NCBI GenBank assembly: GCA_000934665.2
Contig: JYFJ02000468.1
Coordinates: 1 to 64,000 of the forward strand
From: Catajapyx aquilonaris
Lineage: Eukaryota
DNA length: 64,000 bases
Direction: 5' to 3'
The position numbers were made by a program, and so were the translations under genes. The notes below the pieces were generated by a model. The model worked only from the letters and a program-made list of their open reading frames with translations. It was not told the origin of the DNA and did not search any database. Of this stretch, positions 12,701 through 26,601 are shown piece after piece. Position 1 is the first letter of the stretch. Each line of letters starts with the position of its first letter.

Positions 12701-13997
12701 GCCACTGGTAATTGGCATACGGATCATTGGGGTATGTGTAGATGGGTGTCCTGTCTCCGTGCCGATACAACTGTAAATTTAAAATGATTAGCATTATTAC
12801 AACATGAGACACATAAGACTAGGATAAGCAAGGGGACAATGTGTAAATTACAGAGACTTACGAATATGATCTGTCAAAACAGTTTCAAACAAACGTGTCC
12901 TGGTGGTATATATACAGTACAACACATCAACACTTTTGTCTGTGAAATAGCTGTGGCGTGGCTATGGTTGTGGAATATCGCAAGATTCCATTTGCAAATT
13001 CTTTGACAGTGTGCATGCAATTTTAGGACTGGTTTATGTGTAAAAATAAATGACAATAAAAGTATTTCAATGCGACTTCACGGATGCTATTCATTGTTTA
13101 CTAATCGTTGCCAACTACGAGTCACATCATATGAAATTGTTCATATATCCAACGTGGACTTACTAACCTGCATGCATGTGCTGCGTTTATTTTGGGATTT
13201 CTGTCAGATGGCAGATAAAAAAGTCTAGGCTACAGCATTATATCAGATACATATGCGTGACTACTCGACTTCCGTTTCATTTCGGCTTTCTGAATGTGGA
13301 AAGGTATGAACATCTCCTAGATGAATCATGCTGAAACCAGACTTGCTGAATGCATGAAGCGATTCCAGGAACCTGTAATCTAATAACCGAGAACAAAGAG
13401 TCCTTTACGCAGCATTGTAATGTGCGCTTTATGATGCAGCCCAATAAAAAATGACCCCACATAGGCAATATACGATGCAACATCCAGATAACACAGTACG
13501 CACACAGTGGAATTTTACCCTTGACCTTACTAAATACAAAACATTTGAATGTCTGGACACTTTTTGATATATCAAAACAGAAAAACTATGAGTCTAGCTA
13601 TGCATTCAGAAACTGCAGGCAACAGGTTGTCGTTTGTCAGCTTTGCTACAAATATTAGTACTGTAGCCTAGTAGGCTAAATAAGATACCAGATGATTGAC
13701 TACGGAGTATATAGGAATGTGCAAAAATGATTGCGCTATTCAAAATGTTAACCCACATTATGTCATTGCAATTGTATGTTGTGACAAGTAAATAAATGCT
13801 TTCAGAGTATAGGGGTGTTGGGCACCACGTATGACAAACTGCCAGTGTCAGTGTATACTTACGACATGTAGTTGCCTGAGAGTTTCGGTAGTTGTCGAAG
13901 TTCCACTCTGTCCATGGGCGGTGGCAAGCACAAACAATAAAAACACTAGAGCTGTCCAATGCAGAATGAAACCAGGAACCTCCACTTTGGCAATCAT
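9726..13997 (-). CDS. AP2: histidine acid phosphatase, type I membrane form, 8 exons
   Basis: Exon 1 at 13863-13997 ([29 protein letters not shown]...LRQLHV). RHGDRTP near 12760, [17 protein letters not shown]. The terminal exon gives the TM segment and tail [43 protein letters not shown]. Confidence 0.9.
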
Positions 13998-14519
13998 TTC
14001 ACCATAAGTGCAGTGGTACTAAATGTAACTTGCTCTGCTATTCAGTACATGTAGCAGAATGAGCCTATCGTTAGATCAACAACATCGCGTGCGAGGCTAA
14101 CTCAACTGCTGCGTTGCACTAGCACTATTATACTACTAGCGGAATAAGCTTCCACACTTCGTATGTATGGCAGTAACCTATTGTCGCAAGATAAAACGCA
14201 CATGTGGCTCAAATTTTTCCAGATCTGCTTGCAAAATCGCCAGCTTTTCAGTTAACATTATGCAGCCTTGGCAAATATGGTTGTCTGCTATTCTAAGTGA
14301 CGGATCTCTCGCAAAATGAAAGAGAATGATATATCGGCATCGGTTAATTGGCACAGTGTAACGCCCCTTCAATAAGAAATAATGGGAATGTCAGAGAGAT
14401 GACTTATGATTGGCTGAAAGGATAGGCGGATACAGGACAAAATGAGTTTTAGCACAATATGACGTATTTGGGTTTATTATGCGTCACAAATATGCTACAG
14501 CCAACGTTGAACGGCGTGT

Positions 14520-16974
14520 TTATGTATCCGTCTCATTGTTTTCGTGATTGGCGACAAGCTTGAAAGTTTTGCGCTTGCGACAGTATCTGTATCCAACAAG
14601 ACTAAGCACAAAACAGAGCAACACTGACAGGACGATGATGGCCACATCTGAAATAAACACATTATTTTATTAAGTATGCGCTACAACAGTCAGCTTATCA
14701 AAAGATGTAACCATACAAGGGCAAAAGTGCCAACCCTTGGTGCCAACTAACAATTAAAGTTATGTTCGACGCCCAATTTTTTTTACATTAAAATTTAATA
14801 AAGTTTAGAGCGACCAATTCTTGATAATGTTTCTGAAAAAAATATCGATAAATCGAACAATAAGTTATGGTTGTAACATTGAAGCCACATCTCTCTGCTA
14901 TCTTCAAGCATTTCAGGAGAGAGGGTTGACAGTCCGTCAGATTTCCATCGACACTGAATATGCACATACCTTTTCCTGGCATTCTGATAGACCCGGAGAC
15001 ACCCGAATCCATATTGCATTCTGATTCCCAGTCATCAGGAATAAAGGGTGATACGATATCAATGAATTGGTCCAGTGGACAACTCATGTTGCATTTTGGG
15101 AGCTTGAGCTCGTGGGGCTCGTGGTGAGAATCGTTCCAGTATCGCACCTGCAATGGTGAAGACCATTCAAAGCAACATTTGCACAAATTCAGAAGCAGGT
15201 TTCAAAAACCCTACTTGGATGGTGTAGCCAGTATCATTTTTGTGGTGAAGTTCGAAGATTAAAGCTGCAGAGAATGGTGGATAAATTGGGTCGAAGACGT
15301 CCATGACCATGAGAGAACTCATGATGTTTTTGTCGTGTCCTGAGTACAGGAATATCTTTTTCTTGGGCCCAGTCTTTGAACATGTTGCTTTCTTCCAGTT
15401 ATAAACGAGATTTTTCAGCAGGGGTCCTTCAGAGTTGCAGGAGTTATTAGTATTGCTCGAATTGTGGCAAGACATTCATCGAGTTCACTTAGCATTTAAG
15501 GCCTACTTTGTCAATTTACTATCCAATTATAGTATTTACCTGCTCGTAGCCTCTTGGACAAGTCAGTGTAGTAACGGGCACAAACACCTTTAGCAGCAAG
15601 AGTGTTGGCAGGCTCTGGGTACACCGTTCCAGTCCACTCAGGAAGATTTAGCTTGTAGTTCGACTATACAGAAATGGAGATTCATAATGACTATCAAAAA
15701 TTGTAGGTGGACTTGATCTATCATCGCCACTGTGTTGCAAGTAGTCATACTGTACCTCCGCGTACAGAATGTCATGCACAGAAACCATCCTTCTCAAGTC
15801 TGTCACGTTCAGTCCCATAAACTCTGTCAAATTGGTATAAAGTTGAGCATATTCCTTGTCCAGTTTTTGGGCAATAGGGGCCTCTGGAGCTTTATCTTCC
15901 ACTTCCGCAGACCTCGGGCAGTATGAATCAGGACTTAGCTGTAATCCGCCATATTTTACCGAGTCATCTTTAAATTTAAACTATCTTAGCCTTACCCAAT
16001 CGCTATCAAATGGAACTGTGTGGACCGGAATAGGCTGCCATGGCAAAGGCAGTCTTATTGTATCCTCTTGATGGTCATCAGGAGGATAGAGGCCGGCTAA
16101 AACACACTGGGCACTCATCAAAGTGCGATCCATGTCGGTACTGCGTACGTACACTTCTTGCAAGTTGAACGGGCCCAGAAATTTGTCATACTTCTTTCGA
16201 AGACGTTGCCCCAGTTCGTAGGAGCTGACTTGACCGGCCTGTATTTCATGAAGGGTTAATGACAAAATGTACGTAAGATATGCACAAGTTATTAGTGATA
16301 TAATATTATGGGCAGATATTACGTGAGTTAAATGTCCAAATCCTTCTGGCCAGGTAAAGTTGTGGTACGGATCATTTGGGTACGTGTACAGGGGCGTTCT
16401 GTTTCCATGGCGAAACACCTTTAAATGAACATATCAAGTATAGAGAGTACTTAGCGGAGTTACTTCAACCGAAATAATTTTCACAGTTACATGAGACAAA
16501 ACTGTAACTAAAAAATCTCTATTGGGGCCAAACAATAATTCCAGAATACACGAATCCAGGTTCTAAACTTCGATTGCAAATGCAGATTTTATAATTAAAT
16601 TAACTAGCAATTAGTCTTGATTACATGTACAGTACTTTTAAAAAACTACAAATATTGTACAAAGGACGAACAAAAGGTCTACCTCACAGTGGTCTACTAT
16701 TAACAATATTATTGTATGGTGGCACACAGGATGCAAACTCAAGGACAAGTTTTGACGAGCAGTTCTCCTGAATATGTCAAAACCATGCACAGAGTAACTT
16801 ATTGCGGCACGGCATAATCTGTAATCAGCCACAAAATATTAATTTACTAATTTCTTTTGTACTTACGACTTGAAGTATGACGAGTGATTGGGAATCCTCT
16901 TCACAAATGTTCGGCTCTAACTTAACAATAATAAGCAGAAGGATGGCTAAACAATCGAGAACACTTTTACCCAT
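14520..16974 (-). CDS. AP3: histidine acid phosphatase, type I membrane form
   Basis: Signal exon MGKSVLDCLAILLLIIV, RHGNRTP, RSTDMDRTLMSA, SGHDK. Terminal TM exon DVAIIVLSVLLCFVLSLVGYRYCRKRK...ETDT*. Confidence 0.9.
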
Positions 16975-17174
16975 TCTATCCCCTGAAGCCACTAACCTTA
17001 CAAATCTTCAACAACCGTCTGACTGTCGCATTAGGACACCTGTGTGACGAAACATGACTTGACATCACAATGGGCCCGCTATATTAAGCTGGTGTCAAGC
17101 AGTATATGCAACCCTTTTATTGTCTACAATGCATGATGATTTGACATAGCAGCTGATGTTGTACTGTTCATTGT

Positions 17175-19074
17175 CTACTGTTGCAATGATCTCATCGTTA
17201 ATGTTATTATCGTGATAATGATTTCATAAGTGCAGGTCCGGGGTGGTGTTAAAACCGGGCTTTTGTTGACTGTCGGATTGGTCTGGCATTCGGATTTCCA
17301 GTCAGTGGGAATAAAATGAGCAGACACATTGATGAAGTAATCCAATGGACAGTATTGTGTGCATCCAGGAATTATCAGAGCTTCTAAATCTGGTCCGCTT
17401 AGTAGTGAAATCTGCAAATTGAACACATATTATGTGACATAAAAAGCCAAAATTCAGGGCCTACCTTCACTGTAAAAGCATGGTAGTGGTTTTCATGAAG
17501 TTCAAAAATGAGTGCTGCGCCATAATCCGGCTGGAAAGGCTCCGGAAATAAACCCAACGTCTCGCCCAAATAGAAAACATTCACGTCATGAACCGAATAT
17601 AAATTTAGTTGTGGTTGCATTTTAATTCCGTCTCTGTAGTTCTTAAAAGGAGTCGTCAGGTGTTCTAGAAGTGGACCTAAAAATATAGGATAAAATTACG
17701 CTCTAATTTGTCATTTTTACTGAACGTTTCAATTACCAACTCTTAGGCGCTTCAAGTCGTCAGTGAATACTGTGAATCGGATTGAGAAGAGGAATAAATC
17801 TGTCATATCTCGCTGGTTTATTTCTTCTGCCCATTTCGGCAACGTTTGATTGTTCTCCATCTGTTTTGAAGCAGAGTACGATTACATGACTTCCGAACAT
17901 TTTGTGGAAGTTGAAACTCACCATTGTTTTTAAAGAATCGACCAACAAAACGAACGCAACCAGATTAGACGACACGGGCATTCCAGTTTGATTTTCCAGA
18001 AATGTCAGCATATCTGAATTATCTCTCAATATTTCCCGCACTTCCGGCAGGCTGTGAGCATTGATCAGATCAGAAAATGCCCGATCGCACGAAGCCAGTG
18101 GATAAAACTGGGAATAAAATGTTGTACACAAAATACGCGTACCAATTGAAATGCTGGTGTCCGTCATACCGGGTCTGATTTGATGGGTTTCGTGTGAACG
18201 GGAATAGGTTGCCAGTTCATTCCTTCCATCCACACCTGGCTCCCTTTCGGCGGGTACAATCCGGCGAGAACCAACTCTGCACTCATCAGTGTGCGTGCTT
18301 GGTCTGTACTGTACGTATATACAAAGTCATCGGAGAACTCTTCTGGGATAAAGGTGCTGTAGATGTGTCGTAAGCGTTGACCCATGCGGTACATTCGATT
18401 TTTTCCAGCCTGCACATATTATGTAAATACCGGTACCTTATTATAATGTTCGGACACTGCGATACGGTGGACGAATTACACCCTGATGTCAAGAGTGGTT
18501 CCGTAGAACACAATGAATCGTCTTTACTTTCAATTAATTAACTGACTTATGACTGCATAGGGAGGTGCGTACACTCATAGAAGAGTAGCCTACATGACAA
18601 ACCGTTATAGTAACATAAACTAGCAATGAAATAGCTATTTTTCGGAAGTAATGTTTACGGCATTAACTCTTAACTGCAATAAGTATGTTATTTTTAACTG
18701 GATTTTAAATACCTTTTAATATTATTGTATTCGGATTAATATTACGGCACTCACATTTGTTAGCGATGCTTCCAAGGAGAGATCAGCTAGATGTTCTATT
18801 GCAAGGTCACCCTGAATTATATTTAATGGACTTCTGTCACCGTGCCTGAAAAACTGAAGCATCATCCGAAGAATATTATTTTATGAAGAAAAAGTAAAAA
18901 TCCTTTAGTTCCACAAGTGGGAATTGTGGTATTCTGCCAATTCTAATCGGGAGGAGAAACAGAAAAACTTACAATGTGAAGGTTCCTCAGTGTTTCTGTA
19001 TTGTCATGTTCACACGAGGCACAATGGAAAGTTATGAATATTGAAATGAATATCCACATCGACTTTGCGCCCAT
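17175..19074 (-). CDS. AP4: histidine acid phosphatase with divergent exon 2 and hydrophobic C-terminus
   Basis: Signal exon MGAKSMWIFISIFITFHC; exon 2 FFRHGDRSPLNIIQGDLAIEHLADLSLEASLTN; YSTDQARTLMSA; SVHDV; ends TYEIIITIITLTMRSLQQ*. Confidence 0.88.
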
Positions 19075-19598
19075 TGCTCTTCTTTTTCACTAGATCAACT
19101 ATTGCACTATAGATTCTCGATTCCCGAGTACAGAATAATATACTGGCATTCATTTCACATACTATATGCTCTTCTCGATCCTTGATAATAGGGGGCGTAT
19201 GCAGTTGATAATAGGTCTACTATCAAGCAATTGATCATCCATTGTCTTTAATATCTTCTAAAATGCATTAATCCTACTGGTCATTATGCACTTAATGTTC
19301 ATTCCACGTTACACATTCATTCAGACATTGCTAGTGTTAAGATAATAATTATTCACTGTCTTGCATTCTTAACTAATTTCTCACTTTTGTATCTGCTATA
19401 GTGATACAACGTTAATAATAAGCTCAAGATGTGATTCAGATGCAGACATAACCTATAGTTTACAAATTTGTGCTACAAATGTGTACTATTAAAACACTTT
19501 ATTATTGCTCGTATATACAGTAGTATCGATATCGATTTTTTTGTTACATTACACTGTGTATTGTACAGTACATCTGGCATTTACCATAGGATATTGCT

Positions 19599-21951
19599 TT
19601 ATGAAGCAGAATAATTGCCGATATTTATCAATGCCATTACGATTATAAAGTAATAATGATACATCAAGTGTGGAAGAGCAGAGTGGTAGGCAGAAGACGA
19701 CATTTGGCATTCAGCTTTCCAGTCATCAGGTATGTAAGTCGCAGACACATTCACAAAATAGTCCAACGGACAGTACTCGGTACAACCAGGAATTACTAGC
19801 AGCATTGGTTCTTCATTAGTTTTATTGATGTATTTTATCTGTAGAAAATAGACCGTAATGAGGCGTGGATATGTTTTATACAGTAAAATGTATGTGTTAC
19901 CTTTAGAGATAAATTATTTTCCGGATGTTCGTGTAGTTCGAACATGAGAATAACACCGTATTCGGGCAGGAATGGCTCCAAGAACAATTGCAGGACATAT
20001 CCCAAGTACATGATATTAACATCATGAACAGAATATAAATGAAGTTTGGGTGTCTCTACCCCATTCCTGTAATTTTCAAATGAAGTCACCAATCGGTTTA
20101 ACATAGGACCTGCAAAGAGTGACTATGTTATGTGCAATAAAACTCCGAACATGTAGGAAAAGTAAATGGATATTACTATTTCTGAAAAGGAATGGCATTA
20201 TACTGATACATTGAAAATGCAGCATGAGCTGATTAGGAGAATATTGGCAAATTTTTAATTGATAATGAAAATATCACAAGTTTGGCATTTTTGTTGTGTT
20301 TCGTCACATTGGAGTGTCTTCCATAATTCATCGCAAAGTAACGTTTGCACTTTATACTAGTGTATACAGTACTACTAAAAACAAACATGATGTAGAATTC
20401 CCCAGTTATGCTTAACTTCTGCCTATTATAATTAATCATCTCTATAATTACAATATTTTCTTCATTAGGCCTTTGTGGTGCTTTTAAAGCATAATGCTAT
20501 ATTATAAGAGACTGTACAAAAATCTTTCGGATTCATGTTTTATGGCGTAAAAATTACAGTAGCTATTGATGTCCCTATATTCCTTTTTGTACACCAGGCT
20601 TGGACAACTTGGAGAATCCCACAATAAATTATTATTATTCGCAAATAACGTTAATGATACGGAATGCACATACCGACTCGAAGACGCTTCAATTCGTAAG
20701 TATATATTGTTAGCGGAAACATAAAATGGGCCATCTCTCGTGTTTTCTCTGGGTAAACTCCTTCTGCCCACTCTGGCATTGTTAAGTTGCTTTCGGACTG
20801 AAAATAACTGTGCATTATTCGAGGAGACAATAATATTAATTACATCTTCCAACAACAGTTATTGTTAGCTATGAATGAGGATGTCCATCCTGATTCTTTT
20901 AGGGTTTGACTGACGTCACCATTGTTTTCGTTTATAAGCAAGCCATCATGACAGTGACAGCAAATGCGACATAAATCCAAGCTCAGGATTGATTGATTCA
21001 GCCTTCCACGAAATAGTTACAGTTGCATCTGTTAATTTGGTTCCGTGTTTGGTTCATTATTAACTCATGGAAAATGGTGTTTATCCATGCCCAACAACAC
21101 AGTTACTAACCCGCGCTTTCAAGCGGTCCATCAGCACAATGTACGGTAATATGCTCTGGGTCACTGCCAGCCCCGTCTTATTTTCTAAAAAACTTAGCAC
21201 TTCCATGTTGTCCTGGAATTTTTGCTTTACTTCAGGTATATCGTGGGCTTTGATCAACGCAGAGTAGGCTTTATCACAGGCGGCCACAGGGTAAAGCTGC
21301 AAGGTAATAAAGGAGCACATTAAAAGTACTCAATAATAAATCGCGATGTTTGATAAAAATTAATACCCACAGGATCTGAAATGAACTTCTCTGTGTGAAC
21401 AGGTGTAGGCTGCCAATTCATTCCTTCCAACCACACTTGATAGTCTTTCGGCGGGTATAGTCCAGCAAGAAATAATTGTGCGCTTGTAAGAGTTCGTGTT
21501 TTTCCTGTGCTGTACATGTACATAAAGTCATCCGAGTAATATTGAGGAATGAAGTAGCTGTACAGATTTCTGAAACGCTGGCCAAGTTTGTAGAGACGAT
21601 TTTTTCCTGCCTGTAGGGTATGCACATTGACACAGATAAATGCTTTAGCAAGTCATACTAGCTCTCCGTGAAAACGATAAGTGTCACTGCTTACGTATGT
21701 CAATTGGGAGTCTCCGGATAGTACTGCAATTGAATTTAAAGGCAAATCGGGTTGAACTTTAAGTGCGGTTCTATCGCCATGCCTGAAAAACTGTTTACCC
21801 AAGTGTCAATACAATACTATTATATCTTCATAATACACTTTGCACTTACTGCATGAATCATCCGCAAAGTGTCTGTGCTGTTTGGTTCACTCGCGTTACA
21901 CAGACATACAATCAAAGCCAATGGTAATATTTTGAATACTCTCCCGTCCAT
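19599..21951 (-). CDS. AP5: histidine acid phosphatase with divergent exon 2 and hydrophobic C-terminus
   Basis: Signal exon MDGRVFKILPLALIVCLCNA; exon 2 FFRHGDRTALKVQPDLPLNSIAVLSGDSQLTY; YSTGKTRTLTSA; SVHDV; ends YYFIIVMALINIGNYSAS*. Confidence 0.88.
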
Positions 21952-22891
21952 TATATTCGTACTCCCTTCTGAGTAGAGCTGTTGTTCTCTTCTGGGCCAC
22001 TGACATAGGTGACTCAAGGTTGAAAGTATAATCATAATTTATCACTCTTTCTTTAACCTCATCTTGAGCTTGTATCTTCAAGCGATTTGATAGCGACGTA
22101 AGGAATAGTTAGTGATTAATAAGAGTTCATGTTTGCGTATTGGCAAGCCTTCAACAAGTCTCATTTAGTTGGTTTTCAGTCAGCACAATGGAACGAGGTT
22201 GTTTTGATATGTTTTCTCTATCGCCCTTTTCTAGGCGTGCGTCCATTCTGGCCAGATTCTGGCTCCTTATAGAAAGTTGTGTTTATGGAAAAAATTACTG
22301 TTGATGAAAAATAACACCTTTTCCCATCTTATTTATGCACATATTATAACAGTACGAGACAACTATATTGTGAATGCAAAGATGCAAGTCATAAAAATGA
22401 ATGTATGAATTAACACTAATAAATATGGAGAATCTCTGAGCAAATAAACCGCACGTGCGATATCAGCATGCAGCTGAGATAATAGTGCATCTATTTCAGC
22501 TCTAAGCTAGATACAAGTAAAGGTAGTTAGTGTACAGTACGTATAGGTGTGCGACGGATTGATTGATTGATTCGGATTTTTATGGCAAAATAGCATCAAA
22601 GGTTCAAATTGAGTATCCTGCTCCAAACACATGTTACGTCCCACATTGCATAGTGCATACCTTTATAAATAATAATAGAAGTTAATAATAAACATTTGAT
22701 AAAGCTAATAAATTAATTTCTGATGCAGTATTGCCTTAATTTGCACTCTTACACTTGAAACGAATATATGCAACACACAAGTTAATTTCTTTTGCACTTG
22801 TGACCTGTAATTCAATTGGTACACAAATTGCTGGTTAATGGTAAAAATGTTGCTATTTTGCATATGGTGAGTAGAATTGGTACAGTACAAT

Positions 22892-25006
22892 TTAAATGGG
22901 GCACATATCTTTTTCCTTTATATTAATCATGTCATCAGTGGAAACCTTCTTGAAGCCTTTGCGACGACGCATATGATGATGTACTTCTATGGCAATCAAG
23001 ATGCAAACCAAAATTGCCAAGGATATAACTGCCACATCTGTAAGAACAAGCAATAATCATGTAATGAATGACATGCGTAGAAAATACTTTCACCTTTCAC
23101 AGAAAATGTAGAGAATATAGGTTCAAGTGAAGTGTCGAGCAGACACTCCTTTTCCCAGTCGATGGGAAGTAACACAGATGTAATATCGATGAACTTATCC
23201 AAAGGACAGCTTGCATTGCATTCTGGCAGTTTTATTACAAATGGTTCACGATAAGAATCATTCCAGTAAAGGATCTGAAATGGTAATAGGTCTAGCAATA
23301 GTGAGAATTGCTACAACAGATGTCAGGCTATGTTTACCTTGACTGTATAACCAATTTCCCTATGATGATGCAATTCAAAGAGTAAAGCAGACGAAAATGG
23401 TGGTGGAATCGGATCAAACACTTTTAAGGCTATGAGAGTACTGACGATCATCTTATCATGCGTTGAATACAGGAATAGTTTCCGGGAAAAATTAGACGAC
23501 AATCCTTCTTTCCAGTTTGCCATTAAAGTCTTCAGTAACGGTCCTTTCGAATGAAAACGTATTTAATAGATAAATCTGATTGCGGGTACATCAGAAGTTT
23601 CTATAAATACCTGCACGTAGCCGCGTGGTGATATCTTCGGCATAAAAAGTAGCCAAACCATGAGCTGCGAGAGATCTTAGAGGTTGCGGGTAAACAGTAT
23701 CGGTCCAATTAGGAAGCTGAAGACCATAACTAGCCTGCAGAAACATAAAAAACTCGTAATTAGCTCAATCAAGGATGATTGGGGTGCCACATCTAGCAGG
23801 ATAATATTCACTATTGTTGGTATAGTATAATGAGATATGCTCTTAATTATGTACGTAATGGAGCTGAAACGAGTGGAAATCCACAAAAGATTATATTCGA
23901 AAGAAAATGGGCACATTTTAAAAATAACCTCCCATAGATTAATAACCTTATCAATCTATGTAACCTCCTATGACATGTATAGCTTTGAAAAATTTGCAGC
24001 ATTCTCGGAAATATCGTCACGCAGCTGATTTCAGCATGCACTAATTGGACACTGTGTACAGTGTTTTTGGAGGTATCATGACAGTTCCCATGTTCTCAGG
24101 AAATATACCTCATATATAATTTTTCCTAATGATTACGTCACATATAGCATTCACCTGGCATTCCAGTACGTCATATACTCCAATCACTGTCCTCAGGTTT
24201 GGAATGTCCCTTCCCGTCTTCTCCTTTAACTCAGCATAGAGTGGACCAATTTCCTCGTGTATTTTCACTGCAGCAGGGGTGTATATGCCTCTATCCTGTA
24301 CTTCTTTTGCCTTTGGACACTCGGCATCAGGAGAAAGCTGGAATTGTAGGCAGGATTAATATATTGCAAGGTTTTTCATATTGATATGAAAATACAAATA
24401 CATGGATATTTACCCAATCCTCTCTAAGTGGAACAGTGTGAACCGGGATTGGTTGCCACGGAAGATGAGGGGTCAAATGTTGCTTATCGGTTGGGGGGTA
24501 GAGTCCAGCGAGCACACATTCGGCGCTAATTAGCGTACGATCCATGTCAGTACTCCTAACATAGACGGAGGAGAGGTTAAAAGGTCCCAGAAACTTATTA
24601 TATCTTGCTCGAAGTCGTTGCCCCAAGTGGTATGAACCGATACGTCCTTTCTGGCAATAAAAACCAGAGCACCATTAAAATTTCTAGGCTGAAAAGAGTG
24701 ATTATGAAACACCCTGTACTTGTGTCAGTTGTCCGGCTCCATCCGGCCAAGAAAAATTTATATTAGGATCACTTGGGTATGTCATTACAGGTGCTCTATC
24801 TCCATGTCGAAACACCTGCAACATAATTTCTGCCGAAGGTAACGGGCACACTGGCAATAGAGCAGTGACTAAAAGTACTGAATGTACTGTATACGTACCA
24901 CCTGCAGCAATGACAGTGACTCCAATTCAGGATCCATATCGCATAAAGTCACATGAATTAAACTGGTCATGAGAATGAGAGAAAAGTGGATCACAACGAT
25001 TCCCAT
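22892..25006 (-). CDS. AP6: histidine acid phosphatase, type I membrane form
   Basis: Signal exon MGIVVIHFSLILMTSLIHVTLC, RHGDRAP, RSTDMDRTLISA, STHDK. Terminal exon DVAVISLAILVCILIAIEVHHHMRRRK...KDMCPI*. Confidence 0.88.
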
Positions 25007-25634
25007 GACTCAGCTTAGTAATTCCTCCTTTCTCTTCACCACTTGCTTGGTAGGCCTATCTAGTGCCTTAGTAACACGTGATAATGCAGCAAATACTCTG
25101 ACAGGAGCTGCTAAATATTACTGGGGCGCATCAAGACCGGGCTGCAAATAAATATCCCAAGGATTCTTGTTTAGTGGGATGGTATATCAGTTGTTACGCC
25201 AGACAATAACTTCCCTTCTAAATCCACATCCGCAATCAGGAGTCAAGGCAGTAATATGAACATAAATAATGTGGATTAGACATCCCAGATGTCCTTAAGT
25301 CGTATTTTGTCGAAACTGTTGACATTTATGGGATAACGTTCACTGTTATGCAACGAAGTCTGCGTTGACTTTACTCGTACTGAGTCATACAAACCTGCCC
25401 CTAATAATGACGACGTATGATAATAATAAATGTACAGACAACAAATTATTAAAATTTCTATTGGACGCTTAACTGATATGGGCAGTTAGAATTGAGTCAG
25501 AATTCGACTAATTGGCGTGGGAAATTGCTGGATTATTTATAATTCACAATTTACTAGCAATAAGTCAGAGAATATGGAAGTGAGCAACTACCGGTAGTTC
25601 AATAGAAGCGCTTTTTCAGCTTTTAAAACTAGAG

Positions 25635-26136
25635 CAGCGGTTCTTAAACTGTGGGGTACACCTCCCCAGGGGAGGTGTGAGTTGCCACAAAAACTAGAGA
25701 TAGTTTTATCCACATATGTACACAAAATTCTAGAATGCCCTTACCATGTACCATGACGGTAAGCTACACAAAAAATACCATAATCGTCAAGTCCAATGTT
25801 AGCTGTAATTCCACTTCCCTGAAAACTGCTGACATCAAATACACACCCATTCAAATCTCCCAGTCAGTTACATTCACCTACGCTCGTGTGACCTTGAACC
25901 AATACAAAAATTTGCGCCTGCGGCGGGCTTGCTCCCACCCCTTTACAAGTTTTACTTTTTCATTTCAGGATATTACATTTAAATTCATTTCATTGACTTT
26001 ACGCAATTTGGGAGAAATTCCGTATTTTTCAGAAAAGTACCATAACTTTTGAGGGTTGTTACCATAAGCTTCGATTCCACGATCGGGCATCGTTATATAT
26101 AGGGAGGTGTGACAGCAAAAAGGCTTAGAACCACTG
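25635..26136. mobile_element. hAT (Buster/Charlie-like) MITE
   Basis: Termini CAGCGGTTCT...AGAACCACTG. Perfect 8-bp TSD AACTAGAG at 25627-25634 and 26137-26144, with a central TA. Confidence 0.85.
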
Positions 26137-26601
26137 AACTAGAGGCTCTACCAGTCAACAATAGGTCACATTAATAAAATTGGTCTTACCATCACCTATA
26201 TCTTGAAGGAGTGCTGAGAAAAAAAAATCCTATATGTCACGATAGAAAAGACCACGGTTCTGACAGAAGTTTATCCAACAGACTGACTGACAGGTTCACC
26301 TTATTGAAAGACCAACTGGAGACTTTAACCAGCAATCAAAGCCGTAGGACCAATTTAGTGATCTACTGCCATGACAGGATGTCGTTGACATGGGAGAAAC
26401 AACTGCTTGCTCAATTTAAATCATATCAAAACCAGATGAGGAATTTATAGAGAGTGATGGGTTGAGAGAAGAGGAATAGTGCACTAATTTAAAAGTGTGC
26501 TTTCTTCAAGAACAGGCAGAAAAATATGTGAAGAAATTTACAAAATTTAATATGACCACGGTAGAGCTTTATTGGTATTGCATGTCCATGCATAAATGAA
26601 G

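Noticed and set aside
13277..13483. ORF that could be AP2 exon 1
   Set aside because: 13863-13997 gives a better signal peptide, the conserved LRQLHV end and a GTAAG donor.
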